Below, one piece after another: positions 26,581 through 40,469 of a DNA stretch of 64,000 nt. Both the position numbers and the translations under genes were made by a program. The number at the start of each line of letters is the position of its first letter. Positions within the stretch are counted from its first letter, which is position 1. The notes beneath the pieces were generated by a model. It was not told where the DNA came from, did no database searches, and saw only the letters and a list, made by a program, of their open reading frames with translations. The DNA is from Paecilomyces variotii (taxonomy: Eukaryota): NCBI GenBank assembly GCA_004022145.1, contig RCNU01000018.1. One strand, 5' to 3'.

Positions 26581-29500
26581 TTAACCAGTCACATCCAACG
26601 GCTCCACGTTCCAAATACTATCAGCATACTCATTAATAACCCGATCAGAAGTAAAGAACCCCATACGAGCCACGCTCGTAATACTCTTCGTAACCCACTC
26701 ATCCTGATCCTTGAACGCTTCATCTACGACGCTCTGCGCCGTGATATATGAGTGGAAATCGTCCGAGACGAGGTAATAATCGCCGTGTTCGGCGATCGAG
26801 GAGAGTAGGGCGGAGAAGTCGTTGACGTCGCCGAAGGTGCCGGAGCGGATGGCGTCGAAGACTTTGGTGAGGTCGGGGTCGAGTTTGAGATCGTTTGCGT
26901 AGAGGTGTTTGTGACGGAGTTCTTCGATGTCTTCGGCTAGGTTGCCGAATAGGAAGATGTTTTGTTCGCTGATTTCGCGGGTTATTTCGATCTGGATTAT
27001 TTTGTTAGTGGTTTAGGTTTAGGTCTATATGTATGTATACACGAGCTGTTGTTGTAAGTCACGAGATAGGGGAGGGAGGAATGCTTACATTCGCTCCATC
27101 ACATGTTCCGATAATGAGGCCTCCGTTTAGGACAAATTTCATATTGCTTGTACCGCTGGCTTCGGTCCCGGCTGTGGAGATGTGCTCGCTGATATCAGAG
27201 GCTGGGATGATAATCTCTGCTTTGCTGACGTTGTAGTCTTCAACAAAGATAACCTTGAGGAGATCGCCGACGTCGGGGTCTTTGTTGACTACCGAAGCGA
27301 CGTTATTGATCAGATGGATGACCGTCTTGGCCATCCAGTATCCGGGGGCTGCTTTACCGCCGAAGATGGATACTCGGGGCACGAGCTTCTTGCGTTCGTC
27401 GGGCGTCATGGATTTGATAGTCAGATAGCGGTGGATAACTCCAAATATGTTGAGCTGCTGTCGCTTGTACTCGTGGATACGCTTCACTTGGATATCAAAT
27501 AGAGAGCTCGGGTTCACGCTGTAACCGGTTGTGTTCTTGATATGCGTGGCAAGACGGACTTTGTTCGCGTGCTTGACGGCAGCCCAGTCGCTTCTGAATG
27601 TCTTGTCCTCTGCATGTGCTTCCAATCCGTCGAGGAGAGTGAGGTCTTTCAGGAAATCGTAACTACCCAGCTTGGTCGCGATAAGGTCCGCAAGTCGTGG
27701 GTTTGCTTGATGAAGCCAGCGTCTCGGGGTGATGCCGTTGGTCACGTTGGTGAATTTGTCCGAACCGTATATTTCGACAAAGTCCTTGAAGATAGTTGTT
27801 CTGATGAGGTCCGAGTGCAGTTCCGCGACTCCGTTGACCTTGTGAGAGCCGATGATTGCCAGATGGGCCATGCGGACCATTTTCGGATGGCTTTCTTCAA
27901 TGACCGATACTCTTGCCAGCAAGTCCCGATCTGTCGAGAACTTCTTCTCAACCGACTGTAGGAAGAACAGATTAATGTCGTAGATAATCTGCAGATGACG
28001 TGGGAGCAGATTCTGGAACAGAGGTACGGACCACTTCTCGAGGGCCTCTGGTAAGACTGTATGGTTTGTGTATCCAAAGGTGTTTACCACAATGTGCCAT
28101 GCCTGATCCCAGTCAAGGCCTTCGACATCAACTAGCAGGCGCTGCAGTTCGACTATGGCCAGCGTCGGATGGGTGTCATTGAGCTGGATGGCGATCTGGT
28201 CTGGGAACTCGCTCCAGGCTCGCTTGGTCTTCTTGAATCGTCGAACAATATCATACAACGAGGCAGCGCACCAGAAATACTGCTGCTTCAAGCGTAGCTC
28301 TTTACCTCGATCCAGGTTATCGTTGGGGTACAGAACAGCAGAGATGGTCTCTGCTCGCTGCTGGTCGGCGACGGCACTTTCGTACTCTCCCGAGTTGAAC
28401 TTCTGAAAGTCGAATTCGCCGCTGGAGGCCTTGCTGGACCACAATCGGAGGTTGTTTGTCGTCGACGTCCCATAACCGGGGATGGGAACATCGTACGCGA
28501 CAGCTTGGACGATCTCGCCGCCGTCCCACTCATTGATGACCTTACCATCATCATCGTGATATCTTCTTACTGAACCATAGAACTGGACATCCACGGTGAT
28601 TTCGTGCCTGGGGAACTCCCATGGATTGAAGTCCAGCCAGTAGTCTGGGACTTCGACCTGGTAGCCGTTCACGATCTCCTGCTTGAAGATACCGTAGCGA
28701 TAGCGCAATCCATAGCCCCATGCGGGATAATTCAAGGTTGCCATGCTGTCGAGAAGACAAGCGGCCAATCTACCTAGACCGCCGTTTCCTAGCGCAGCAT
28801 CATGTTCCTGGCTGATCACATCCTCAATGCGAAATCCAAGTTCTCCCAAGCCATCTGTTGTGATTCAGTATTCAGTGACGATCATAGATCTGGTGCTTAT
28901 AGCGCACCTTTAGCGACATCCTTTAGTCCTACATTAAGCATAGCGTTATCCAGTGCTCTTCCCATCAGAAATTCGAGAGAAAGATCTACTGAGAGTCAGA
29001 CCCGACACATGCAAACCCCAAAAGACCTGGTGGCATACAGTATACGCGTTTCTTGTCTGCGAAGGTCTGGCGCTGCTGGGTCTTGTTCCATTCGATTATC
29101 AGCCTATCTCTGAAGGCCAGAGCCGTCCCCGAATATGCTGCTCTACTCGAGTGAGCAAGTAGTCCTAGCGAATACGAGTGCTGTCAAAACTCACAATTCA
29201 TCACAGTTGAACAGAGAGCGCGCCAGGGTAGTTTCAACATGGCGAACCAGTTCTTTCTGTTCGATTGTCAGGGACTCCAATACGAATACCACAGGCATTG
29301 GTGCGAAATACCTCGAAATCATCCTTGTTTGTGAACCCTTTCGGGGACTAGAATTGATAATCAACATCAATCTCAAACCCCCAAGCTGCAAGGGTGTCGA
29401 CGAAAATGCACCTACATATTTCTTCCATCTACACCGCGATCAGTGAGTCAGCTCTGCTCTCCCTGTTTCATGCATTGTATGTACATCAATGGATGGTACT

Positions 29501-29694
29501 TACGCCTCCCTCAACGGCTCCGGAATGCTCGCCTCGACACTCTTGATTTCCGACGGTCCAAAGCCCGTAAAGGTGCGTCTATGCTTGGGACGACTGAACC
29601 CCGGACCCACGGGACCTTGTAAGTCGGAGATGGGTGCTCCGACCGAAGGTCTCCGTTCGTGGTGGGATGAGGTAGTTGTTGATGATGATGCCAT
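26581..29694 (-). CDS. gph1: Glycogen phosphorylase, multi-exon
   Basis: DAALGNGGLGRLAAC, QLNDTHP, TNGITPRRW, VKRIHEYKRQ, PLP-site EASGTSNMKFVLNG. Confidence 0.97.
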
Positions 29695-32600
29695 GGTTGC
29701 CTTTGTGTTGGAAACAACGGAATTCGGTTTGTTGTCTCACTGTCGATCTTATGAGTATCAGAAAGGGTTTCACGAGTGAGAAACCAGCTTAATTGCAGTA
29801 GACAGGAGCAACAGAACCACAATGTGAGGTGGAAATGAGATAAAACTTCGGATACCGCACGGTGGTATCTCCTCACCTCTTCACCCGAGAAGACCAAAAG
29901 CAAGAGGATGGAACAGTATGAAAAAGCAGGTAGGTATAGATAGGTAAGCAAAGCAATGCGGAATATCCCAATCGGGATAAACCGGTTTCAGTTCACTTGT
30001 CAGGTGAGACGAGAGTGAAGAAAAGCAAGAAGGAAACGTGATGATTGACAGGGAATTGCTCGTTGCTGGATAGAAAATGGTATGCGAGGCTCCCCAGGGT
30101 GACTTACGGAGGAACGAGTCGAGTCGACTGGATCTAGCTAGCTATTCACGCCCCGCTTGCTTGCTGAGCTCCAGCTTCTCACCCGAAGGCTGCGGAATTG
30201 AGAAAGAAACGAAGAAAATAGAATGAAGTGACAAAAAGAGAAAAAAGAGAAACAAGAGGGGTCGAGGATAGAAATGTCAGACACAGAGACAGAAGAGGGA
30301 GGGGTATTTTGCTCGTCGTGTCCACCAGGTGTAGCTAAGGTAGGTGAAGCTAGCTAGGTTCTGGCCGGGAATAGAGGCCCTTGCGAGAGGCGATGGAAGA
30401 TGGGGAATCCCGCTTTGTGGCTTGATGGCGAATGTGAACCTTTCCTTTCTTTACTACATGAACAATATGGTCCGGGGTTTGGAATATTCCCTGTCGACCG
30501 TTACTAGTAGGGAAGCAAGAAGTACAGTACAATGTCTGTGTGTATACCTGATATTGAGATATCCACGAATTCAGTTCTCTAACAAGTACCTCGACTAACT
30601 AGACTGTCATGTTCTTCCATATTGCCCTGAACTGATAACCGAAAGCTACAAATCTAGTCGTCCTCACACGGGGAAGAAGATGGGGCCAGAGAAACATGGA
30701 TAAGTAACTACTGTACAATGTACTAAGTTAAGCTACATAGAACACGTTCCAAAACCGAGTCTACAACAAGAACATCATCCAGAACCTCGAAATACAACCA
30801 GGAGTACAAATTCCCCAAAAATCCCCCACACGAGTTTACGTTGCTCAATCTGGGGTTCTCGCTGCATATCCATACATTAGCGCAGCATTTTCTCCCTGCT
30901 CTTTAGTCCCCCTTTCCCCCGCACGGCTGTCGGTGGCATGATCTGATGATCTTGAAAATTTCCTTCCGTCTGGGCCTAGACCTGTACCATACATTTCATG
31001 TCTCTTACGCGGATGACTGAAGAACTCAATTGAGCCAGTTCAGTGAGAATAAAGACCAGGATCCCGTTCATAGGTGATAGGTACCTAATTAATTCCCTTG
31101 GCCGCAGACGGGAAGACGTAAATACTAACATCCTTCCGTTAATCTCATCTCGTCTCCTCAATGATCTCTCTGCCATCACCACAATAAAAAAACCCTATCC
31201 TCGATCGCTATGCGATCGTCTACCTTTCTGCATTATTCCTCCCCATACCACGATACGGAGGAGTACTGTACCTAGTGAGCATCATACGACATCCACACCT
31301 TATCTTATCTACCTAACTACTTACCTAGTTCCAGATGAAGCGAACTAACTGATTCCGGAACCCACGACGAACACTCAACCTATCTATCCAAATTCAAATT
31401 CAATTTTCCGTGAACAGAACTCCAGCTAACATATATTATTACCCGTCCCGATGGTATCTACCATACTGTAATGGTTGTACGGCGGTCTCTAGACCACTAA
31501 ATGGAAGATTGGTCGCATGCGGAGAGAGAGAGCCGATGGGTCCGAACAGGAAGATCCCGTCTATGGTGCAGGCTGTGGACTAAGTATAGTATGATAGTAT
31601 AGTATCGTATAGTACGGATATCTAGATGACGGATCTCGCATGCGATGCGAACAGGCTGGATGGGAGATAGAGATATTATCGAAATATCCTACCGAGGCAC
31701 TAGGGAGGTTAAGTAGTGCTCGATCCAAAGAGCAGTAAGTTAAGTAGCCAATCAATCTGCTTCATCTAGATATCTAGCCAAGAACAAGAAAAATCCATAC
31801 CCCGATCCGTCCAGTTCCTACTCGATTTCGATAGTTCAGATCGAGAGACGGTCCGTGCTAATTACCTACGGACCGAAGGGGCTCGTCGGGCAGAACGGCA
31901 ACGTCCGAACATGTGTTTTTCTAGCGTCCACCCATGCCCATGAAGGCTATCTAATGGATGACGTCTTTTCTGTACTCGCTGGACTGGGGCATCCCACAGT
32001 GCCGATCTAGCGTGAATCGTGCCAGACATGATTCAGATCGAGTGATGTTTGGGCAGGTTGAATCAGATGGTACTCATATTGGATGGGAATAACGAGATGT
32101 AGACCCCCATACTTAATTAAGGATGGGGGAGCTAGGTTGTCTACAGTAGAATAGACAGAATAGGAAGTCTTCGCCTACTATAGATCAGGAGTAAATACTT
32201 CAGATCGTTACAGTACCTAACTGTCTGCATGAAACTGCGATACTTTCACGCAACGACAACAGAGTGCGCAAAGTACGCCGTATAGATAGAGACTATTCGC
32301 GCAATTATCACCCCGCCAGCCGACGGTACCGACCTCATACGCTTTCTAACCGTCGCTGCCAAGGTCACGAGGGTTACATGGACGACGCAAAACCTGCCCT
32401 GACAGCCTCAAATGGGGGCCGATCGCAATTCGGATATCGATCGCCCCCAATCCGACACAGCCCGGGCCACCGTGTCAGTGCAACTTGCCGACCGCGTCCG
32501 CTCCAGCATAGACGTTTTGATCCCTGCAGAGCAAGACACAAGAGGCCCTAGGACAGTCAGGCAAGAGAAAAGTGGGATAAAACCAAGTTAAAGGCCAGAG

Positions 32601-33319
32601 AATTGAGATGGGATTAAGGATAAGAATATATTAGGCCTATATAGCAGATGTCGTGACGGTAAACAGCTCACACTGCGAGATCAATAATAATAAGGGAAGA
32701 ATAGCGCATAACTAAAGGAAAGCACAACAGCCATACGCTGCACAGCCGCAAGACCACCGGCAGATAAGGAACATCCCAACACTGCAGTCGTCTAAAAATA
32801 GTCTGGACGAGAACAGGGTGCCGGTATGGGTCGCCATAAACCCCGGGCAGGACAGATGTAGGAAAGTCAGCTAAAGACCTGCTCGTGGACCAAAAAAACC
32901 TCATCACTAAACAAAGGAAAAGCATCACATGGTCCGGAAATGCAGCAAAAAGACAAACTTTTGGCTAAAAGCAATGCGTCATTAAGCTGCAACAGATATC
33001 AATGCTGGGTAAAATCAGTCGTCCTACGACAACATCTTGGAGCGGTAGATGATGTACGGATCGCCAAAACAAAAAAAAGAAAATGGCTCATATCAAGCAT
33101 GCCCATAAATAACCAAACGCATTCCACCTCGGGGCGCCGAAGTATAAACCCAAAAGATGAGACCCCAGTTTAACGCCGTGTCATGTACAACAGAAAATGA
33201 CCTGTTCGACCGCCCTGCCATAGGAAAGGCATCAAGAGACGATCAAAGATTAGATGTGCTCCAAGAATGACGAATATTAGGGTATATTCCTCATCTCAGC
33301 GAGAGCCTTGGGACGGTCG

Positions 33320-34684
33320 CTATAGAACGCCTGAATCTTTCAGGGCATTTTGTAGAATCGTCTCCTTCACGGCGGCAAAGACGAGGCGGATATTGGTGGT
33401 ATCGGTCGCCTGAGTAAGACTGCGGTCACGCCACGTTAACATGCTGCTGAGTGCAGGTGCAGGGAACGGTTGGGTGACTTACTGCGGATAGAGATTCAGA
33501 TGTGCACGGTTGACTTGATTGAACCGCCATAGGAGGTACTTGGCGGCCCGGTTGACATCGTTGCCGCCGGAATAATCGGGGAAGTAATTGCTTAGGGGCG
33601 AACGGGCCAGCTTCGCCCGGAATAGGTCGACCTTGTTGAGGAACAGAATGACGCTTGTCCGCATAAACCATCGAGAATTAACAACCGAATCGAAGAGCAC
33701 CAGGCTCTCCATCATTCGATTCTGCCAAAAAAAATACTTAGTTTCTCTTCCGGGACAACCTGCGTATGAGGGGGGCCGAACGTACCTGATTACTTTCTTC
33801 CAACAACACCTGGTCGTATTCGCTCAACGCGACGCAGAAAATGATGGACGTGACATTCTCGAAGCAATGGATCCACTTCTTCCGTTCACTCCGCTGTCCG
33901 CCCACGTCGAACATGCTAATATCTCATGAGCCGAGTTATACATGTCTAACGGGGAGAAGCCCTTACTGAATACTAAGCTGGCCCATCGTGAATCTTGTCT
34001 CGTATATACCTGTAGTCTTCGTTCGCGCACGGAGAACGTCCGCTTCGTTGGGGATATAGTCTGGCGATGCTATTCGCTTCGATTCCTCGAAGAAACTGAC
34101 TAGGTGGTGAGCAAAATGGCAGCGCGCCGCATGAATCGTCGAGCTACTTACTATGGGGCGGAATCCATCATGTAGAATTCGCTCTGATGCTCTAGGACGG
34201 TGGACGTACAGGGATCATTCCACAGATACGTGACCGCATCACCGACCTTGGGGTCCAGGGGTATATTGGGATCGGGGTCTATGTTATATTCCGAGAGATA
34301 TGTCATATAATCGCGGACCTTTTGACTGGAAGGCTCCAGATTAAACTGTTGGTAAGCTCCGATGAGGGATTTCACGCAATCCATGAGGTTCTTGTAGACT
34401 GTCAACCGGCACATGGAAAGCTCTTCCACGGTGTAGCCATTTTGATGGATGATCTTCATCTGTTTGACAATGGTGGATTTTCCACTCTCTCCGGAACCTG
34501 CCCCCACCAACGCTCAGTTAGGCGTTTGCTCCTATACAGGCGCACGGGACCACTGACCAAGTAATAGAATCTTGCATTCTTTCTTTAGCCGCCTGGAATC
34601 CTCCTCGATCTTCTTGTCAATCATCTGACTTCTCTTCTTCTGCTCTGCATCGTCCGTATTCTCACTGCTGAAACAGACACCCAT
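33320..34684 (-). CDS. ganB: Heterotrimeric G-protein alpha subunit, group III (cAMP pathway)
   Basis: MGVC N-terminus (myristoyl/palmitoyl), [34 protein letters not shown]-term LKDSGVL. Confidence 0.93.
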
Positions 34685-37600
34685 CTTGTCCAGCTTGGCG
34701 AGTCGCGCTCGATGAGCGGCTAGTTTCCTGTCGATATCGGTTCACGCGCACTCGAGCTCCTCCCTAGGAACGGTGGTCGGCACCAGCTCCGTGATCCGGA
34801 GAGGGGTGTGGCACCTCGGAGAGGAGATGTCGATATGGACAGGGTCGGCCACCAGGGCTCAAGGCCGCAGGAGAAGGGCCGCCTGAACAGTTCCCGTATC
34901 GATCGATGGTGACGGTGTTCGATTGCAGACCGCTACTGCACGTTGCGAATAGCTATGCCACCAGCAGTCTCGCAGAGGTGACTTTTGGCGGACAGAGACT
35001 GGATTCCCGACCACGGCGAATGCCCGAAGACCGGAAAGGAAGACAGTTTCAGTTCGCGGGGGAAATTCGAAGGAATCGATCAATCGTGAATTGCAGGCGC
35101 CAGAGAGCCAACAGGGACGGTAGGGCGGGATTGCGGTCGGCACCTCGAATACGGAGGGATGATGGTCGACGATGGGAGGGGAGCTCTGTTGGGGGTCTGT
35201 GTGTAGTGAGGAACGAGATCACTGCGGAGAGGAGAGTTGCTCTTTCGTGGTAATCCAGCAGCAGTAAGTAGTAGTATTATGTAGTTAGTTAGTGGTTAGT
35301 AGTTAGGTTGACGGCGGGATTATTGGGTGGGTAGGGCGAAACGTGGTGTTGACGACGGAGAGCACCCTAAAGGGCATCCGGCGGTCCTGGGGGGGGGGTA
35401 GCGCACGATGCTTTCAGGCGCTAAGTGAGTGGCCTTTGCTCGATTCTGATTCTGATGATGATGGTTTGTGGGGGGGTTCCCTTCTGCCCTGCGCCCGCGG
35501 GATCATGACAGTGACGGGCGCAAGCGCATGGCTTGGTGGCTCCCTGGACAACCTTGAACCACTAAGTATTACTTAGCTAGCTGGGCTGGAGCTCTCGAAC
35601 CTACGGGGGAATGAATGAACTGTGAATCGTCCGCTCTGGGATAATAACACGGGAAGCTAACTCTAGTCTACTGTGCGAGACCCTGGGATTATTATTCTGC
35701 GTCGAATGGAATTTCTAAATACAGAACAGGACAGCTGATCTCTTTCTCTCTTCTTCTCTCGTTGCTGACAGGGCTGACGATGCCTCAGGGTGATGCTGGA
35801 TCATCGCGGAGAGGAGTTCGGCTCACGTGCCCGACGGGTCAACCTCATTCGGGCGGAGCTGGGGAGTCGACGCCGGGCTCTCGGGGCTGCCGTGCTATGG
35901 TACTATACTTGCAACGACCAATGCACGATCTTGCTGGCGACTCACGGGTTGAGGTATATTAGCAGGCATTATTATTATTAGTAGAGTGCCGTAAATGCTC
36001 CGATAGTCAGGTCCCAAGACCTCTCTCCTCTTCTCCTCTCTCTTCTCCGCACGCAATGGTGTTTCGTCAGGCGACCGTTACTTATCAAGGGCCAAATTAA
36101 ACATGTGGCATACGGCATGGTACTCCATAGCGTTCACAGTCATCTTCTTCACCGTTGTAGTATAACTATATCCTGGAGGACGTCGTTCGAATCCTGGAGC
36201 GGATCTGTATTGTATTGGCAGTAGTTCCCCTCCCTGGCAGCCCCTGTATCGTGCCTGCTAGACGACCAGAGCCCAGCTGAACGCACACCCGAGCTCCAGC
36301 TGAATTCAGGTCCAGTACTGGGGAAGTCGGCTTTATATATAACTATATGGCGGTCGGACCAAGATGCCATCACCATTTACAGCTGATGAGGGCGGCAGTC
36401 AAGCCAGTCGTCATCCCGGAAATTGATCAAAGCCACAAGTCTTAATTCCTTGGAGTTGCCCGGAACATCCCGCGCAGCAGTGATCACATTCACCAGCAAC
36501 ATGGGGGCATCCACCAAGCACCCGAAGTCTTTTTTTTTTCTGTTTATCAGGCGCTCGTGTCGTGTAGCTGGCTTCCAAGGCTGACACGCATCGCATCTGT
36601 TGCAGTCAAACCGGTTTGACGCAAAGCCCGAAACGCCATCCAATGAGACGGTCCCGACGGAGAGGAAACGAACAGAGCTCTCTATGGCATTGCAGCGAAT
36701 GCCAACAGAAACCCTTCCTCTTTTCCGTGAGAGAACCACCAGCAAGACGCTCACGACGAGTAGTTTTTGAGTCTGTTTAAGTTCTTCGACTGGCCGGATG
36801 ACTTTCCAAGGTCATCTCTCTGATCGAGTTGCGGTTGCTCTATCAGATCTCTTCTCTAGGGGCGCCGCATCCAGTGTACGGAGTAGGGGGAACACAGACG
36901 CCGGTAAGTGCCCGCTCGCGGTCCAGCCCAAATTAGGTCCCGATGATACCAATGGTGGTATCATTCTTATCGTTGTTCTTGCTCGGGATGGCAAGGATGC
37001 CAGAATGGTTCCTTGAGATAGGAGAAACTACTGGCAAAACGAGAAGGGGAGTTGCGTGCAACGATCATGAATGATGGATGTGCTTTCTGGTCCATCATTT
37101 AACGACTTCTTCAGAACAGTGCAAGCAATGCTGTTGGCGGTACAACTTGGGGATTGGCAAGAGAACGAGACGAAGACGAAAATGATGACTGCCCCATGGA
37201 ACGCCCGTGGCCGGATGAGCAAGCCAGCAAGACATTTCCAGCCAATGTGCTCGGCCAGCGGGGGCAGCCCCGCCAGGCCAGTCTCCATCCGGAGGGCCAG
37301 AGTAAACCTCTCTGCTCTATCTAGAGTTGTCGCTGCGCCCCTCGGCCCAGAACCAACTTGTTGGTCTGAATTAGTTAACCAGTTAACTAGTTAACTTAAC
37401 TAGTCAACCTGCCCAGTTTCCCCCCCCCCCAAAAGGCACTGAAATTATACCATACCATAATAATAATAATAACCCCTCGCGGGAGATCCCATCGTGTACG
37501 TCATTGCCTGCTGGCCTGGCGGGCAAAAAGGCACGAACCAGACCGCACCTCCACACACACGCCACTCTCGTCTTCTACCCTCGACAAGACGCCCATTCCG

Positions 37601-37760
37601 ACCCTGACCCGCCAACCAGCTTTCCTTCTCCCAACGTCCGCCACTTCTTCCCCACAACCAACTCGACTCCCTGTTCAACTCTCTCAGCTGTGAAAAAAAA
37701 GGGAAAACAGAGAGACAGAGAAGAGAGAAGGAGAGAAAGAAGAGAGAGAAAGGTCGGAAG

Positions 37761-37783
37761 GCAAGCAAGCAAGCAAGCAAGCA
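37761..37783 (+). repeat. (GCAA)5 microsatellite in sakA 5' region
   Basis: gcaagcaagcaagcaagcaagca. Confidence 0.8.
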
Positions 37784-37868
37784 GTAGGAGACGGGAATCT
37801 CCACGGACGATCGTCTTGTGTCACCTCGACTTCATCTCCAGCGTGGCCCCAGGTCGCGATCCTTCACC

Positions 37869-39473
37869 ATGGCGGAATTCGTGCGGGCCCAGATCTTTGG
37901 GACGACCTTCGAGATCACTAGCAGGTATGGCGGATGAGCGCGCGGCAGGAAATTCACCTGGATGAGGAACTGGAGGAGTCTGACTGTGTGTTCAGGTATA
38001 CGGACCTGCAGCCGGTGGGCATGGGAGCTTTCGGTCTCGTCTGGTATGCTCAACTTCCATCCTGAGGAGGGAACAGCCGGGGAATCGCCAGAGATACATG
38101 TGGCTGACAACGACACGGCGAACAGTTCAGCCAGAGACCAATTGACCCAGCAGCCCGTGGCCGTCAAGAAGATCATGAAGCCGTTCAGCACACCGGTTCT
38201 TTCGAAGCGGACATATCGAGAACTCAAACTATTGAAACATCTGCGACATGAAAATGTCAGTCGTGCAATCTCCGCGCAAACGGTGGCCTGTCACTGACAA
38301 CGAACAGGTTATCAGCTTGAGCGATATCTTCATCTCCCCTCTCGAGGACATGTAAGTTTCCCCGATCGGTTCCTGCCCTGGGTGTGTTTGAATCCCCGAT
38401 TGACGGATGATAGTTACTTCGTTACGGAGCTCCTGGGCACCGACCTTCATAGACTTCTCACATCGAGACCGCTCGAGAAACAGTTTATCCAGTACTTCCT
38501 GTACCAGATCCTGGTATGTCGATCATCCATGTATTTCGAAACCTGTCTTTGGCACGTCTTCTGACGCGGCGACAGCGAGGTTTGAAATACGTCCATTCCG
38601 CCGGTGTGGTGCACCGTGACCTCAAACCCAGCAACATCCTCATCAACGAGAACTGTGATCTCAAGATCTGCGATTTTGGTCTGGCGCGGATCCAAGATCC
38701 GCAGATGACCGGCTACGTTTCCACGCGATACTACCGTGCCCCGGAGATCATGCTCACGTGGCAGAAGTACGACGTCGAAGTCGACATCTGGAGTGCGGGC
38801 TGCATCTTCGCAGAGATGCTCGATGGCAAGCCCCTCTTCCCCGGAAAGGACCATGTCAACCAGTTCTCCATCATCACCGAGCTTCTCGGTACCCCACCTG
38901 ACGATGTGATCAAGACGATCTGCAGTGAGAATGTGCGTATTGGTCGACGTCTTTGCCTTCGACTTTTCAAGCAGCTAACGTCAATTTCTTTTCCTGTAGA
39001 CTCTGCGATTCGTCCAGTCCCTGCCCAAGCGGGAACGACAGCCGCTGGCCAACAAGTTCAAGAACGCTGACCCATCAGGTATGCATATCCTTGGCAATCA
39101 GTCGAGCGGTTTTACTCACGTTTCCCTAGCCGTCGACCTCCTGGAGAGGATGCTGGTCTTCGACCCCAAGAAGCGAGTGAGCGCGACGGATGCTCTTGCA
39201 CACGAATATCTAGCCCCCTACCACGATCCTACCGACGAGCCTGTCGCCGAAGAGAAATTCGACTGGTCTTTCAACGATGCTGATCTGCCAGTTGACACAT
39301 GGAAGATCATGATGTATGTTTAGTGGAAACCAAAATTATTTAACTTTTCGTTCAGGCTGACCCGCTATGACAGGTACTCGGAGATCCTCGACTACCACAA
39401 CATTGACCAGACCGGCCTCGACGCAGGCCAAGTTCCACCCGAACCTGTGGACCCCACCGCCCCAGTGGTATAG
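37869..39473 (+). CDS. sakA: HOG-pathway stress-activated MAP kinase, many introns
   Basis: [61 protein letters not shown] (TGY loop), YHDPTDEP docking site. Confidence 0.98.
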
Positions 39474-40469
39474 CTTGCGAATGGGATTTCTGCAGATACG
39501 GTGGGTTGAAGGCAGTTGTTGGTGTTGATGGATAACGATTCCCGTTGTATACACGGGATCCTGCTTCTCTTGTCCATGTAGCGTCTAACATCTACAGTGG
39601 GCACGGGGACTTTTGACGAGTTCTTTCCCGCCTCCACATGTTGGTCTTCGGTGGTCGCTTCATTTTTTACGGCGTGTTCAGACTCAGGCGGCGATGCGGG
39701 TTATCTACTTCTCAGATCCTTCAACGTCGATACACGTACACGGTATATGGATCTCCTTCGTTTCTTTTTTTGGTCGCGGAAAAGCGGGATGAATAGGATC
39801 AAGCTTCGTCGGAATCTACAGTTTACGTGGCACGTTTCGAATTTCAAGACTGATGCAGTAGACGATGTTAGAGCAGAAGAGAGAAATGTGTAACTTTAAT
39901 AATTCCATTTCCTCAATGGCCAGGGCCAGCGCACCAAGATAGAGCACGCATCTCCAGATCTCGAATACCATGTCGGGAAATGGCCTATTTTTGACTATGA
40001 GACCCGATGACGTTCCTTGGCGGTGGACCGCGCTGATTGACATGATGCAAGCCATGCCAAGATGGCGGCGATCAGGATGGAGTTTTACCAGTAGATACCT
40101 AGCTCATATGGGGAAGGTGGTCAATAATAATATGGCAGTATCCGTGGCTAGGGGGCTCTGCCGCAACAGATACATCTCCCCCCCAGTAAATCTATCTCCT
40201 GGGCATTTCTTGCTTTTCTCTTCAGCTGTGAATTTTCCAAACCGCCTAGATAGCTAGGTAGATAGATGGACACTGCCACTGAGGGTCTCATTCACGGGGT
40301 TTCTGCCATATAAGTAGTCACCGCCTGCCATAGAAGTCCTCGGAAGTCAACCGATACTCGGATCTTTCCTTCAGTTAATTGTTTCTTCACTTAATTGCTT
40401 CCATTGCTTCCTCAGTTAGTTAATTGCTACGAAAACTTCCCTTTTATTAAAGATAGATATCCTCTCAAT

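Noticed and set aside
39890-40260. Short ORFs between sakA and nuclease copy 1 as part of the element
   Set aside because: No counterpart upstream of copy 2 and no recognisable domain
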